Shown: piece after piece, positions 1-13,033 of the stretch
Layout: each line of letters opens with the position of its first letter
Position numbering within the stretch: the first letter of the stretch is position 1
Assembly: GCF_009914755.1 (NCBI RefSeq)
Contig: NC_060931.1
Length of the DNA: 64,000 nt
Origin: the human T2T-CHM13v2.0 reference genome, Homo sapiens
Direction: 5' to 3' (one strand)
Notes under the pieces: generated by a model
The model's input: the letters and a program-made list of their open reading frames with translations, nothing else
Told to the model about the DNA's origin: nothing
The model's database searches: none
Position numbers and translations under genes: made by a program

Positions 1-879
1 AAAAGATGATGTGTGTTAATGCAAAGGCATAATTGACTCTCTATCAATGGGATTCCATTTATTCAAAAGATCACTACTTAGCACTTTAGTCTGGGGTGTA
101 ATGAAAATTGGGGTACATTCTTCATAGACTCATGTCTTCACAGTGCTAACAGTCAAAGAGTAGCCAATTCTATAAACACCATCTGTTACAAAAGCTTTAA
201 TAGGAGGATAAAGGGCAGTGGGTAGATGTCACTTACAGGGAGCTGTTCCTTAAAACTATAAATACCATGAAGAAAAATAGTGTAATCACTTCCCATCTCA
301 TTACAAGTGAGTGTTTAGTTGGTTTCCTCTGATGTGCATTCCATTGCTTTCCTCAGAACCATGACCACGATGTTGCTGTCATTCTCCCTGGATACTAAGG
401 TCTAGCATAAGGTAGTAGAGGCAGATGTCCTGAAGATTCTGAGCCTTGGTACCAGGGGATTAACTACATTTAAGGGTCTGGGATGACAGCTCCCCTAGCA
501 TCCTTTTCTACAACCTAAAGATAGGATGTGGATCAACTTTATAAAACAATGTCAGTGGTTGCTGAGAAGAGCAAGGATTTATTCGATTACTGCATTCTTA
601 TACCATGAAATTAAATATAGAATATTTGATTGAATATTCAGGAACTTATTTTTCAGCTAGTTCTGGCACATTTTGTTAAATATTTTTGGCAGTTTCTAAG
701 CATAGTCAACTTTTAACATTTTCTTGCTCTCCTTTTTTTCCCTTCTACCTAGAGATACGTCTTTGTGAAGCTGAACTTGGACTGTAACCTCTTTTTGGTC
801 TTATTTTCCTAACTGTTAAATGAAGGATGCTGATGTTCCTTCCAATTCTCACAGTCGGTGACTCGGTGGCAAGGCAGAC

Positions 880-1240
880 CTAGACAAGACACTGTCACCT
901 TCGCGGAGACATCCTGATGGTGCTGGACCTTTCTTCAGGTTCTCTTTCACATGTCCCTTCAACAGGGCGACCTTCCATGATCTCACTTCTGAAATCAACA
1001 CTCCTCATCACTCCTTGTTCCTCCCTTGATTTTTCTCCTTAGCACTCCTCAGCAGCTGCCCAGTGCTTCTCTATTCTTTTCTCCTCTTATTAAAATGTAG
1101 GTGGCATGAACGCAGACCTGCCTCCCTTGTAGCCTGCTATAACCCCAGCACCCGAACAGCAGTGCTGCATGTAGTAGACGTCTAGGAGCTTTTTGTTGTT
1201 GGATGTTTGATAAATGCATTTGCCTTATCTGATTGTTGGA
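880..1240 (+). mobile_element. L2 (LINE2) 3' fragment, highly diverged
   Basis: Resembles the recalled L2 3' end (ccttccatga...cccagcacccgaacagcagtgctgcatgtagtag...tttgttgttggatg). Boundaries approximate. Confidence 0.5.
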
Positions 1241-1311
1241 TGCCTTAATTTTTGTGTGCTTAAGAGGAGAGCTGTGTATAAATGAGCATTCTCAGTTTGA
1301 ATACAAAACAG

Positions 1312-1342
1312 GTGTGTGTGTATGTGTGTGTGTGTGTGTGTG
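1312..1342. repeat. (TG)n microsatellite
   Basis: Directly visible TG run with one interruption. Confidence 0.9.
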
Positions 1343-3326
1343 CTGTGCACCCTCATACTCAAAGAGAATAAAAAATCCTCTATTATAGGGAAGCAAGCTG
1401 GAAGCAAGGAGATGGGCCTTAAGTGATCACCAGGTGAATGCCTGGCTTACAGCAGGTGCTCAATAAAACATGGGATGAATGAAACTGACATAGAAACTGT
1501 GTGTTATTTACTCGTTCACCAGATAAACAAGATGTGGCTGAAGACTCAGACATAATGGGAAGTGAATATTTAAAAATAAAATAGAGTAAAACAAGGTTCC
1601 CAGCTTGACCTTGGCTCAGAAAAGTTTGAGCTCTTCTGAGCTTCACCCAGAAGGAAGCTCAATCCCAAAGCCAGAAGCAGCGCTGGTGAGTGGGGAGTGG
1701 AGTGAAGATCTAGCATCTAGCCACTGCATTTCATGGTGGGGTTTCCCTCCAATTTAACCTTGGAGGACCACACCATGATTTCCACTATAGGACCTGTCAT
1801 GTTTCATTGCCATGGTGGTTGCAATGAACATATATAAGCAAGTACAATATTCAGACATCCTGAAGTAGTCATTAGTGTCATTGAATGGAGAGAGAGAGAG
1901 AGAGGCATAAAGATTTTCCATTTTTTAAATTCAGAGACAATATTACCTTCCAAAAAAATTGCCTTGTCATTTATTTTAGTGATATTGCTATGGTTGAGGG
2001 CACCTTCATGATGCGGGTAACTCCAAACAGAGCTCAACATTCATATAACATACATACACATGATTGGTTTCCTTTTAGAACAACCATTTCTTTGAAACCC
2101 AACCTCATCTCACCATATCAACCACTCTGAATATCTATTTTATTAACTGTTCTTGACATTGAATTACCTTTTGTCGTTTGTAGACTGTAAAAATTACCAC
2201 TATTGGAGACGATTTAAACATTCGACAACATAAAAGTTATTCAAAAGGCTTGGAAGGACATTATTCAAGAGGGCTGCAAAGGTAAATGAGTTTGAAGGGA
2301 AAATACACACCCTACATTCTGGTGTGTACTTTTCCAGTCTTTTTTCTAAACAAATAGTTTATAATAGGCTATAGTTATAAAATATTTACACAGAAGAAGA
2401 TTGCTTATTCCAGATGAGCCTTAGGTCATGTTTTGGGGGAATTGGACAGACATGGAAGTGCCATGTCTATCTGCTAGGATGGCCAGAGGAGGTTTTCCTG
2501 AGGAAGAAACTATGAGATTGAACCTTGAAGGATAGGCCCAGAATTTTTAGAACTTCTCCATCCCTACATCTTTCTAAGACAGGAGGAACTGGTTGCCTAA
2601 TAAAAACCTCCAAGAAATAATAATTTTTAAAAAAGTTCAAATACAGAACACTTTTATTTCATCCTAAGTGAATTTGTATCTTTTCAAGCCAATACTACGT
2701 GAAATAAAAATAGACATTTGTACTTCTCAAAGGGCATTAGTTTCCCTGTCTTCAGGATGTGTCATCACAGTGGAGTGTCTCTTGAAACATCATCTGATGG
2801 CTGCAGTCTCCAGTGCCACCAAGAGTCAGTGCCATCTGTTAACTCATCCATGGCAACAAACCTGAGGGCCTACTGGGTGACAGGAAATGAATGAGACATT
2901 GGATTTACTACAATAAATGACACAATCCTATCCCCTGCAGAATGTTGCCCAGATACCAAAACCTCCACGTTTTTGTCAACGGTTCCTTATAGTATAACAT
3001 AAATAGCATGGTCAACAAATGCCATAGAGGTTTGGAAGCAGCAATGATCACTGTGGCCTAAGTCTGTCAATGACTCCTTGGAGGAAGTGATGTTTCATCC
3101 AGGTCTTGAAGGTAGGTAGGACTTAGGTAAGAGTGAATGCCATATCTCCCATCTGGTGCTTTTATTCCCTCTCAGAATTACCTTTTCTCAATTACACTTA
3201 ATTACTGTATGCCAATATATACCGATAGCACATTCTAAGAGAAGCTAATTTTTTTTCTAGTTGAAGGGTGTTATTGAGCACATCATCAAGTAAATCTCTG
3301 TCACATTGCATCTGCCTTCTTCATTC

Positions 3327-3630
3327 TTTTTTTCTTTTTTTTTTTTTTTGAGATGGAGTCCCACTCTTTCACCCGGGCCAGACTGCAGTGGCGCTATCTC
3401 CGCTCACTGCAAGCTCTGCCTCCTGGATTCACACCATTCTCCTGCCTAAGCCTCTCGAGTAGCTGAGACTACAGGCATCCACCACCACCCCTGGCTAATT
3501 TTTTATATTTTTAGTAGAGACGGGGTTTCACCGTGTTAGACAGGATGGTCTCAATCTCCTGACCTTGTGATCCACCCGCCTCGGCCTCCCAAAGTGCTGG
3601 GATTACAGGCATAAGCCACCGCCCCCGGCC
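3327..3630 (-). mobile_element. Alu, full length, AluY-like
   Basis: Poly(T) tail and complete Alu dimer ending in ccggcc. Y-type diagnostics (gcaagctc, ccattctcc, accgtgttag). TSD tcttcattc at 3318-3326 and 3631-3639. Confidence 0.95.
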
Positions 3631-5669
3631 TCTTCATTCCTTCTTAAAGGAACTCACGGGATAAACTGTCCTTATGTTTCACTAGCAGGAAATGGCTAGT
3701 GAATGGCTGCTTTGTTTTTATCAGTGGCTACTGTGAATAGCACCTCAATGGCTTTCCCTCCTTGCCATGGCTATTAGGAAGCTCAGAGCTCAATCTGTGG
3801 TTTACTTCTAGCAACTGCACTGAAGCACAGACTCCATGTCACCGGTCACTCTGAGATTTGTTGTTTTCTGATTCCTTTGCTCCAGGCAGGCTGGTCCCTC
3901 AATTATTTACTTATAAATGTAAAAGACATTGCACTTTTGAAGTTTCTAAAAATCACATATTGAGAAGACAAACTCAAAGTAAATAAAGCAGTCTAATGCT
4001 GGAGCACATTTCACCTAAGGGAGTCCAAATGTCTGCTTAGGGCAAATAAAAAGGCCCAAAAGCATCTTCTAAAACCAGTTAAGTGAAACTTATCTGTAGG
4101 GACATTTTATGAACAGCATAATTTTAGTCTTTCATAGGCACTACAAGAGTGAAACTTAATTTATACCTTAAGTCAATATTAATTTTGACTTGTATTATAA
4201 CTAAAAAAAATTACTTCCCAACTAATCAGAATTTCTCATGAAATTAAAATTTTAGGAGAAGCTTTTAATAGAAAGAAACAAAACAGAAAAATAAGCTTAA
4301 ATCACTGACTTGCTTGAAATGAGCAACTTCTGGCAGATGTTCAGGAATCATTAAAGATACAGCCAAATCACTCAAGCTGTATGTTTCCTGCAAGTCTAAA
4401 TCCACTGTTGTTGAGATGGATGGCTCTTTCTAGACCCTGCTAACCAGGGCACAAAGGTTATCACAGACATATAGAAAAGAACTAACAACCAATTTAATAT
4501 TGGATATGAAAAATGATTTTTTAAAAATTAGCCCTTGGGTAACTTTAAATCTAGTGCATTATCACGTACTCCACTACTCCTTGAATATTACAGGTGAAGT
4601 TTTATTGAAAATTGATGGGGTTGGCACCATGGCTAGGCAGAGAAGTTGCTGTTACATGGTATGGTTTGAGAGAACTGCCTTCTTAAAATTGTGAATTCTA
4701 CTTTTTTATTCCCTCATTGTAGCTTTGTTCTTTGGAGACTCTAGAGGAAAGGCAGATGGTATGGTGAAATACACATGAATTGGGAGTTAGTGGCACAGCC
4801 TGGACTAGATCTTATATCACTCAACCAGAGAGGTCACTTAATTCACTTATAAAAGGAGTTAGAATATGTACCTATAAGGTTGCTTCCAGATCTAGTACTG
4901 GATAGTGTAATTCTATAATATTAGCTTATTGACCCAATAGCTTCTTCATAACTCCCTCATTGTAAGGAAGTATCCCTGATCAGGCAACACACTTAACCAA
5001 CAGCTTCTAGAATCGTTAGAGTTGGCACCTTAGCCAAGATTGGCCAGAATTGGGGCATACAGGTGCTTCCCTGGCTAAAGACAGGAGATGTACTGGGTGG
5101 CTGGGAAAGAGGGAGTATTAACTGTGGTCTACTTTTCAACTTGGTTTAGAACCCCAAAGAGATCTGGGGAAGATGAGAAAATGATTAGCTTTACTCAAGC
5201 AAGGGTAGAGGAATGAAATGAATAAGATCATTGAGGTGATATAACTCTGGAACCAGAACTCACACCCATTATGATTTCTAGCCTTGGTTGACCTGTTATC
5301 TACACATGCATGAGGATGAAGCAGGTTGTATGGGGTGGGGTGGGGAGAAATGCACACACACTCTTTGAGTTTACAACCTTGGGTTCAAACAGTAACCAGC
5401 TGTGGTTTGTTGTCATTTGCTGCCGAGGTTGATACATCACGAAGAATACAAATTTCATCAAGAATATAATTTAAAGTATCTTTGAGGCAGAGCTTTTTAA
5501 GGAGAGCTGGGCTCTCAGCAGATCATTCTCACACTGTATTTTTTTATTCAGGTGAAATAAAATTTAAATGAATATCAGTGTCAACTTTGAAGAAGACACA
5601 GGGGGACAGCCTAAAGATGTGTTTGTAAGAAGATGGGATCAATCTTGGTGCTAGATCTATTGCTTCACA

Positions 5670-7150
5670 AGAGTTCATTCATCTGTTCATTGCATCAGCA
5701 CTCTTGAAACCCCTGCTAGGTTACAGGCCCTGAAATAGACACTGATTCAGATACAACCTTGACAAAAACAAAGCTTACATTTTAGTGAAGTCTAAACTCT
5801 GTGGTTATGTAGAAGACTGCTGCCGTGAAGCAGGAGTGTGGCTTCTACTTATGATATTTCATATTTAGTAGAAGGATAAGAAAAATGTTTGGATGCATGT
5901 GTGTGAATAATGTGAATATAGAATTACCAAGTATACCGGGGAAGGAGGAGGTAGGGGGAGAGAGCTATGACTTCAAGTTAAGAAAATTGGAAAATCTTGT
6001 GAAAAAGAAGGTATGGGACCTGTATTTTAAATAATGGACAGTATTTCAAGAGATAAATATGAGGGATGAGAATTTCAGGGACAGAATGGGCCCCTTATAG
6101 GGTGAGGAACTGCCTTACAGAAGCAAGGAGACAAAAACGTTTAGAGCTTTTTTGGAGGAAGAGCAAGTACCCCATTTGGTCGTAGTGTCAATTGTATGTA
6201 GGAGAAGAGGGTGAGGATGATGGAATAATTAGAGCATAAAGGACTTCAGCCAATTCTGTGATTAAACTGACAATGAACATCTGATAGCCTGGAATTGACA
6301 TGATTAGGCCTGGGCTCTCCATAGTGATCTGATAGCAGTGGGTAGGACGGATTAGATGCTGGAGAGGAGAACAGCAGGTGTGGGGCACACCAGGGGACTG
6401 TTCCAATCATGGAGGATGCAAGTGATGGCTATAGGAAGAAAAGGGCATTAGTTATAGGACACCACACTTACACTGGAGAAAGAATTGTCAAAATGTGGTC
6501 ACTTTACTATATGTAGTAAATGAAAGAGATATTATAAGTGTCAAAGATGGATAACTAGAAGAACAGGGATATTAATAAAAATCAGAAGTCAGGAATAGGA
6601 ACTAGTGTGTGTAAGGAAGCCCAGTGAAGTAAGTTATTGTTGATAAAATGTGATAGGACATTTAAGTGGGATTTAAAAGACAATTGCAAATGAAAAGATA
6701 GAGCTGAGAGCAAAGTAGAGGTGGCCTTATAGATTTGGGAGGTACTATGGTCTGAATGTGCCCCCCAAAATTTATGTGCTGGAAACTTAATCCCCAATGC
6801 AACAGTGTTTGGGGGGTGGGGCCTTTTGGGAGGTGTTCAAATCATGAGGCTCCACCCTTATAAATGCAATTAATGTATTTTAAAAAATGGGGTTGCAGGA
6901 GAAGGTTCGTTCTCTTCCACCTTCTGCCATGGAGGACACAGCAAGATGGCCCTTGCCAGATGCCAGCACTTCGACCTCAGACTTTCCAGACCCCAGGACT
7001 GAGAGAAAACAAATTTCTGTGCTTTATAAATTATCCAGACTCAGGTATTTTATTATAGCAACACAAAGGGACTAAGACAGGGAGTGTAATAAGTTAAAGA
7101 TGGAGAGTAGTTGTGGGGAAGGACTGAGAGTAAGGTGCTGGAGAGGCAGC
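5670..7150 (-). mobile_element. L2 fragments interrupted by an MST LTR
   Basis: ttcattcatctgttcattg start, then purine-rich sequence resembling antisense L2. Boundaries approximate. Confidence 0.5.
6743..7079 (+). mobile_element. ERVL-MaLR solo LTR (MSTD/MLT1A-like)
   Basis: Starts tactatggtctgaatgtgccccccaaaatttatgtgctggaaacttaatcccc and ends ttattatagcaacacaaagggactaagaca, which are typical MST/MLT1A termini. Confidence 0.85.
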
Positions 7151-8456
7151 TGCAAGGTGGGGAAGTTGCAAGAACCTCCTGGAACATCAGTGTGTGGACT
7201 CAGCACATCCCCCACAGACCGCTGTCTAATGGACGGTGAATTACTCAGGATGGCTGCGTGCTCCAAACTGGTCCCTTAGGCCCTAAATTAACACCTGCAG
7301 GATTGGACAAAGTCATGATGCAAAGTCGGGTGCGACCAGAGGCCACTGGATTTAAGCAAATGCACATGAGTGTAACCAGGGGAAAGAAGACTCTAAATAT
7401 CCCTGCTGTAGAAAATCAATGCTCCGTTTTTAAAACATGCTTAACACTTCATTTTTTAGCTACAAATACATTTCTGTTAGAATAGTTACTAAAAACCTAC
7501 AAAGGAATTTGTATAGCTTTGCATGAATATTTATTTTCTTCTATGGATGTAAACTAATTCAGGAAATGTAAGTAGAAACTTGAAGGTTTCTTCCCTATTT
7601 TTCTTTTTTATATACTAAAAATTACCAAAGAAGATCACTCTAAAAGATATATAAGTATTTTTTTTTAAATATTTGATTCCCCAATGAGAGAGGCAGGCCA
7701 GAGTCATGGCAATGCCCTCTTCAAATGCTGTGAGCTATCTGCTTCCAAAAGCCGGTGTGTGCTCTTTACTTCCTCCTTTCCCATCCATCTACTCAGCCTG
7801 ACGACCACAGTCTCGTGGCCTTTACGGCATAAGGGAGCATTTCTTCTCGGCATTTGCTTCCAAACACCTTGCCCTTATTACTAAATCATTCTAGGGACCC
7901 CTTTATCCTCCAACCACGAGGACTATGGGTACCACTGCACATCCCAAGGGGACTTTGTATCCTCACATTTTTGTGGGGATCCAGAAACAACCTTGACCGT
8001 TTAATAACCCAGAAGAGACATAAGATTTGAACAGACTTCCAGCAAATAAGAGAAAATCTCAAAACGAAATCTGGTCGTTCTCTTCCCAAAGCTCAATAAA
8101 CTTGGACATCACTCCTTCGTCCTCTTTTCTTCAATGAGCTTTACAATTATGTTAAATGTGGACAGGTCACCTACCCTTCCCTGAGGCCCCCACACTATAA
8201 CACCATAGGCAATACCTGGGGACAGTCATGGAGGGAGGGGTCCCACTGCCATGAAGGCCACCATTAAAACAAGAGCAATGCACCTGCCTGTGAGGCACGG
8301 CGGCCCTTGGACAGGGGGCTCCAGGGCAGGCGAGGGCCAAGACCTGTTCTCGGAAGCCACCTCGTGTTTTCCAAACAATAGGAACTGGTACTAAAAGGCA
8401 AAAGCAAGCCTGAGCCCTCTCCCTTGACACCCACATCCACGCTGAATGCCTCTCAT

Positions 8457-8491
8457 TTTATTAACTGTGTATTGAAACTGATTGCAATTCC
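8457..8491 (-). other. candidate second exon start (3' splice acceptor) followed by AATAAA
   Basis: Minus strand reads ctctttcttactgtttttgctttgcccag|GGAATT (AG at 8493-8492). AATAAA on minus at 8462-8457. Possible downstream donors at 8216/8215 (CAG|gtattg) and 8175/8174 (AGG|gtaggt). Motif evidence only. Confidence 0.4.
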
Positions 8492-8677
8492 CTGGGCAAA
8501 GCAAAAACAGTAAGAAAGAGTTGTCTTTTTGAGCATTTAAATTGTTCTCTCTGCTCTCCTGGCTGTTCTAGGGCAGAAGGATGTCTCGGAGGCATTGGGG
8601 TCACCCTGGTAGTCAGGGGCAAGACCCAGGAACCCATGTGGGTGGCAGGGGCGGGACTGCTCAGCAAGGCTGGAAGC

Positions 8678-8895
8678 AGGTGGGGCTGCCTGAGGGTGGG
8701 GCTGGAAGAGGGTGGGGCTTACTAAGAGATTCACTCTGGCTGGAGGAGGTGGGGCTGCCTGAGGGTGGGGCTGGAAGAGGGTGGGGCTTACTAAGAGATT
8801 CACTCTGGCTGGAGGAGGTGGGGCTGCCTGAGGGTGGGGCTGGAAGAGGGTGGGGCTTACTAAGAGATTCACTCTGGCTGGAGGAGGTGGGGCTG
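8678..8895. repeat. 69-bp G-rich minisatellite (3 perfect copies plus a partial copy)
   Basis: Unit aggtggggctgcctgagggtggggctggaagagggtggggcttactaagagattcactctggctggagg starts at 8678, 8747 and 8816. It explains the 23-aa repeats in the overlapping ORFs. Confidence 0.95.
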
Positions 8896-9538
8896 GCAAG
8901 GGGCAAAACTGTCTGAGGGCGGGGATGATCAGTGGTGGGGCTGGCAGGGGGCGGGACTGCCTGAGGGTGGGGCTTAGAAGGGCCAGAGCCAGCAGGGGGC
9001 GGGGCTTGCTGGGGGACTGGCTCTGGCTGGCAGAGGCAAGGCCGGCAGGGGGCAGGACTGAGGGCAAGGCTGGCAGGGGGGTGGGCTGTTGGGGGTGTGG
9101 CTCTTAGGGGTGGGGCTTGCTGGGGGCGGGGCTGGCCACTGCGAGGCTGGCAGGTGGCAGGACTGTCAGGTCAGGGGACATTGGAGACAGGGCCCCCTTG
9201 CATCTTGCAGGTGGGCAGAGCCCTGTGTAATTGGACATGCTGTCCCTATCCTGGCCTAAAACAGTGGTCCACGCTCTCTCATCCAGGGATAACACGTGGC
9301 AAACCTCGCACCAGTACCTCACAGGTACCCACATCCTCCTACCTCTGCACCACACCAAGCATCCCCAGTGTTCTCCATCCCCAGACTCTCTCAAGCTCAT
9401 TCTGGGGCAAGTCACTGCCTGTGGGCTCCAGGGACTCGCCCCAGCTGTGAGCACCCCCCTTTTCCTCCCTGGACCGCAGCTGGGGTCCTGCTTCCCGCAC
9501 ACGTTGGCAAGGAAGCTGGAGTCCGGCTTCTGGCATAC

Positions 9539-10010
9539 CTTGGCAAGGTGAAAACTCGCAGGGTGCCCTGGTGCCCTGCTCCCAGGACAGCGGCCAGCCC
9601 AGGAGGACCTCCGAGCCCCTCCTCAAATGCCAAGCGCGGCCCGCCCTGTGTGCACACGTGTGTGTACACACAATCACACAACTCTCACTCCTCCCCACAC
9701 TCACTCCCCCACACTCACACACTTGCACACTCACACTCACACAAATCTTACTCCCCACACTCACACACTTGCACAGTCACGCACACATTCACCCACTTTG
9801 TCACTCGCCCACTCACAGTGACACACACTGTGACACGCTCACACTTTCTCCCATTTTCACACCCACCCACCCACTCACAGTCACACCCTCTCCCGCACAC
9901 GCTCACCCACACTCACACCCGGTGCTGCACACCAGAGAGCCGCCCTCCTCCGCCCACAAGCCCCGCCACCCCAGCAGCACCTCGCGGGCGCTGTCCCTGA
10001 AGCTGGGCTC
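9539..10010 (-). other. candidate non-coding first exon ending at donor AAG|gtatgc (5' boundary unknown)
   Basis: GC-rich, CpG-retaining segment. Minus-strand donor at 9539/9538. No credible ORF. Gene identity not recognised. Confidence 0.45.
9646..9920. repeat. degenerate (CA/CACT)-rich low-complexity tract
   Basis: Directly visible; source of the His/Thr-rich ORFs here. Confidence 0.9.
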
Positions 10011-10500
10011 TCTGGGAAAGGGCAGGGGAAGAGCAGGCCAGGGAAAAGCTCATGAAATCCCCACCAGGTGAAAACGCTAATCCCTTTTTCTGCGCGGAGA
10101 AATCCCCGTGTAATGACCTGCGAAGCCCCCTTCCCACCACTCCCGGCGCGCTGGCCCGCCTCACTTCCATACATCATCGCTCTCCCAGCTTTCGCTGACT
10201 CCTCGTTTTTTAAGTCTTGGGAAAGCAATGCAATCTCCATAGCAATCTGGAGTTCACAGAAACTGCATTTCCGGGATTCATTTATTCCTCCGACTCACTG
10301 CTGGAGGCTAGATCATTCCTCATTTCCATGATTTCCTATCCACGCTGAGAAGCTCTTCAACTCCAGCCTGCCCACCCCGACGTGCCATCGACCAGGAAGC
10401 ACCGCTTGGAGCACCCCTTTCTCCGGGCCCCGCTCTGAGCTTCCTCAGTGGGAGCATCCCCCGATGCCCTCCTTGACTCATGGGGCTGGGAACGGCCTCC
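9920..10500. promoter_or_regulatory. putative promoter/enhancer with kB-like, ETS, GAS-like and AP-1 motifs
   Basis: Local CpG enrichment. gaaatcccc twice (10054-10062, 10099-10107), cacttcc (10162-10168), ttcacagaa (10253-10261), tgactca (10474-10480). Confidence 0.5.
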
Positions 10501-12994
10501 TTCCTGGCCCCTCTCCCTCAAAAAAGGGTGGATGAGGCCAGAACTTGGAAGACAAACAAATGTGCAAGCCTCCATAATTCTAATTCCAAATGAATAACAG
10601 TAACACTGTCCATCTCTTTGCCCTTTGCACACACACAGGCACACACACGTCACCACACCTTACCAGCACAGAAGGCTAACCAGAGGACACAGTGGTATCC
10701 ACTTTCTGATGGGTCGCAACCAGGAGGGCCATCCTGGCCATTGCCATCCACACACCCCTGGAGCATTCAGACCCCCGGAGCTCCGCGGACTGGTCCACTC
10801 CAGCACTGTCAGCCCTCCTGGCTGGGAAGTGGAGCAAAAGGCGCCAGCTTCTTGTCACCCTCAGTTTGATGCATCACCCTTGACGCCCTCCCTCCCTCCT
10901 CCATCAAGGGAAAAAAAGGAGGAGGACAGCCACCCATCTAAGATTAAGTTCACTGAGGCAATCCCATCCCCTCTGGAATTCTCCAGGGACAAAGGGTAAT
11001 TAGAGAGCAGTTGCTGAGCAGCTGGGGATGTTTAGGGACTGGCTTCCAGGGTTCAGGTCCTGGTGCCCCAATTTAGCTCCTCCTGGCATGCTGTCTTCCC
11101 CCTGACTCTGTTTCCCCTCCTCCAAGCTGACCAATTCCATACTGGCCGGCGACAAAGCACCCCATGTATTTATGCTGCTGCATCACTCTCATAAATTATA
11201 TCAGTTTCCCAGACGAAGGCCCCTTGGCTGTGAAGGAGGATGCCATTTTATTTATGCTGCACTTACACACCTGCATACTGAACTCTATATTTAAATCAGA
11301 CAACAAATCAATGGTACCAAGGGGAAACAGATGGGGAAAATCCTCCCCAGCTGCAGCACCCCACAGCTCTCTGCTGAGTCCTCCGACGGTGGCTGACCCT
11401 AGTTATGGTCAGCATGCCACTCTACCTCATGCTGCTCCTACGTCAATTTCCCCGTCCAACGGAAATGGAATGAGACTGACATTTAGTTTTCTGAGGGCAA
11501 AAAAAAAAAAAAAAATGGTTTGAATTCATTCCTTCCCACTTCTGTAAATTATATGTGTGAATTACCTAGAAGGCACTCATCTGCAGACCAGATTGAGAAT
11601 CTCCCACTAACTCCTTCCCTGGTGAGGGGGAATAAGCTTCCAAGAGAAGTTTTGTTCTATGACTACACAAACCATGCATTCTTTAGAATGATTTTCTAAG
11701 CCTGTTCAGTTCACAAGGGGAGTCTGGGAGCCAGTGATTCAACGTAAGTAAATTGCACTGAAGCCCCAGGCGTGGTACTAGAAGCTGTCTTAGTGGAGCA
11801 GTATATATGCTTAGTGGAGCACATTTACAAACAATGACACCAATTTATACTGCAATCTACTTCTCCTCATTGAGAGTTCTTCGGTTTAATCATGAATAAA
11901 TTAGCAAGGGTGATGCCATAAAACTCAGGGGTGTAAAATCTTACATCTTGGTGCATTGCAACTTTTACCAAATAATAAATAACATCTCGACAAATTTTTA
12001 AATGCTTACTTTCTAAACAGTCTATGCCTGGCTAAAAATGAAACAATTCAAACCAAACCAAACTAACCTTACTCTGGATAATGTGACCGTACTATAAATT
12101 TATTTTATAAGTAGCCTCTTTTTTTTCCTTTTATCTCACAGCTTCATTCAAATTAAATGATTCAACTAGAACTTTCTCAGTATCTACTTCTGGGGCCATC
12201 TCGGTGCAACGTGCTCTACAGGATAAAGAGATGGAGAAGACATCAACATTTCTTGCTTCAAGAGTTTACAAATCACTTGCCTGGTTTTCCTCATAAGAAG
12301 TCAACAGTATTTCTTGCTGAAATTTAAATTTTACATGTAATTTTTAGTATACATTTGTCTATGCCTGTAACAAGAAGCACTTGTGGAATTCCAAAGGAAA
12401 AGTTCACCAACGATTCCTGCTAAAACTTTCAGCACTCAATGTTGTGGCATCTCAGTGATCTCAGCAGAAATCACGCTCAATCCCGGCAGGATTTTCATGG
12501 TCCTCTGGTCCCTACTTGCATGCATCCTCTAATGAGTCCTTCAAGTTTGGACTGAGGCAAGGAGATTATATTATTTCTATTTGCCTAGTCTTTTCTTAAG
12601 GGCATTTTTTCCAGATCTGTAAGATCTAAGCAAATACCTCGCTGGATCACATCTTAATTAAAAATTGTGTATCCAATTTGGGGCCTGAAGATGTGAGATG
12701 AACAGGTCTCGGTAGGAGTTCAGAAGAAGCCATTAAAAAAAATAGAAAGATAGCTTCTCTACTTAGACAAATAGAAAAAAAGGCACTGAAAATTTCCGAG
12801 GAAGACGTGATTGCATGAAATGTGTTAAAAAGCAATTTTTTTACATGAAGATTTATTTAAAGTGTGACAAACGCGTATCTATTTTCTGTTTCCAATGGGC
12901 ACTGGGAAAGAAAAGGGTTTGGTTTGAATTTCATCAGAAGGGATGTAGGTCAGACATCAGAATGTGTAACCAGTGGAAACAAAGACATTTTTCT

Positions 12995-13033
12995 GTCTAC
13001 AGCCATACAGCCCTGAACGCACCTGATCTTATC
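12995..13033 (+). pseudogene. 5S rRNA tailless retropseudogene (5S nt 1-39)
   Basis: gtctacagccatacagccctgaacgcacctgatcttatc matches recalled 5S rRNA nt 1-39 at 32/39, mostly CpG decay. Flanked by TSD aaagacattttt(t)ct at 12981-12994 and 13034-13048. No poly(A). Confidence 0.9.

Noticed and set aside
8540-8580. Plus-strand acceptor ttctctctgctctcctggctgttctag|G
   Set aside because: Good motif, but it leads into the VNTR with no plausible exon end or upstream partner. Not excluded, only unsupported.
8678-8895. CRISPR-like or repeat-protein interpretation of the 69-bp array (ORFs 8537-9067, 8581-8916)
   Set aside because: The units are head-to-tail with no spacers, in a eukaryotic context. 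The ORFs are open only because 69 is divisible by 3 and the sequence is G/C-rich.
9296-10071. 234-aa and 166-aa His/Thr-rich ORFs
   Set aside because: Translations of the CA-rich low-complexity tract, with no recognisable domain.
9500-10500. Assigning a gene symbol to the promoter
   Set aside because: I do not recognise the sequence, and no coding exon is available to identify it.
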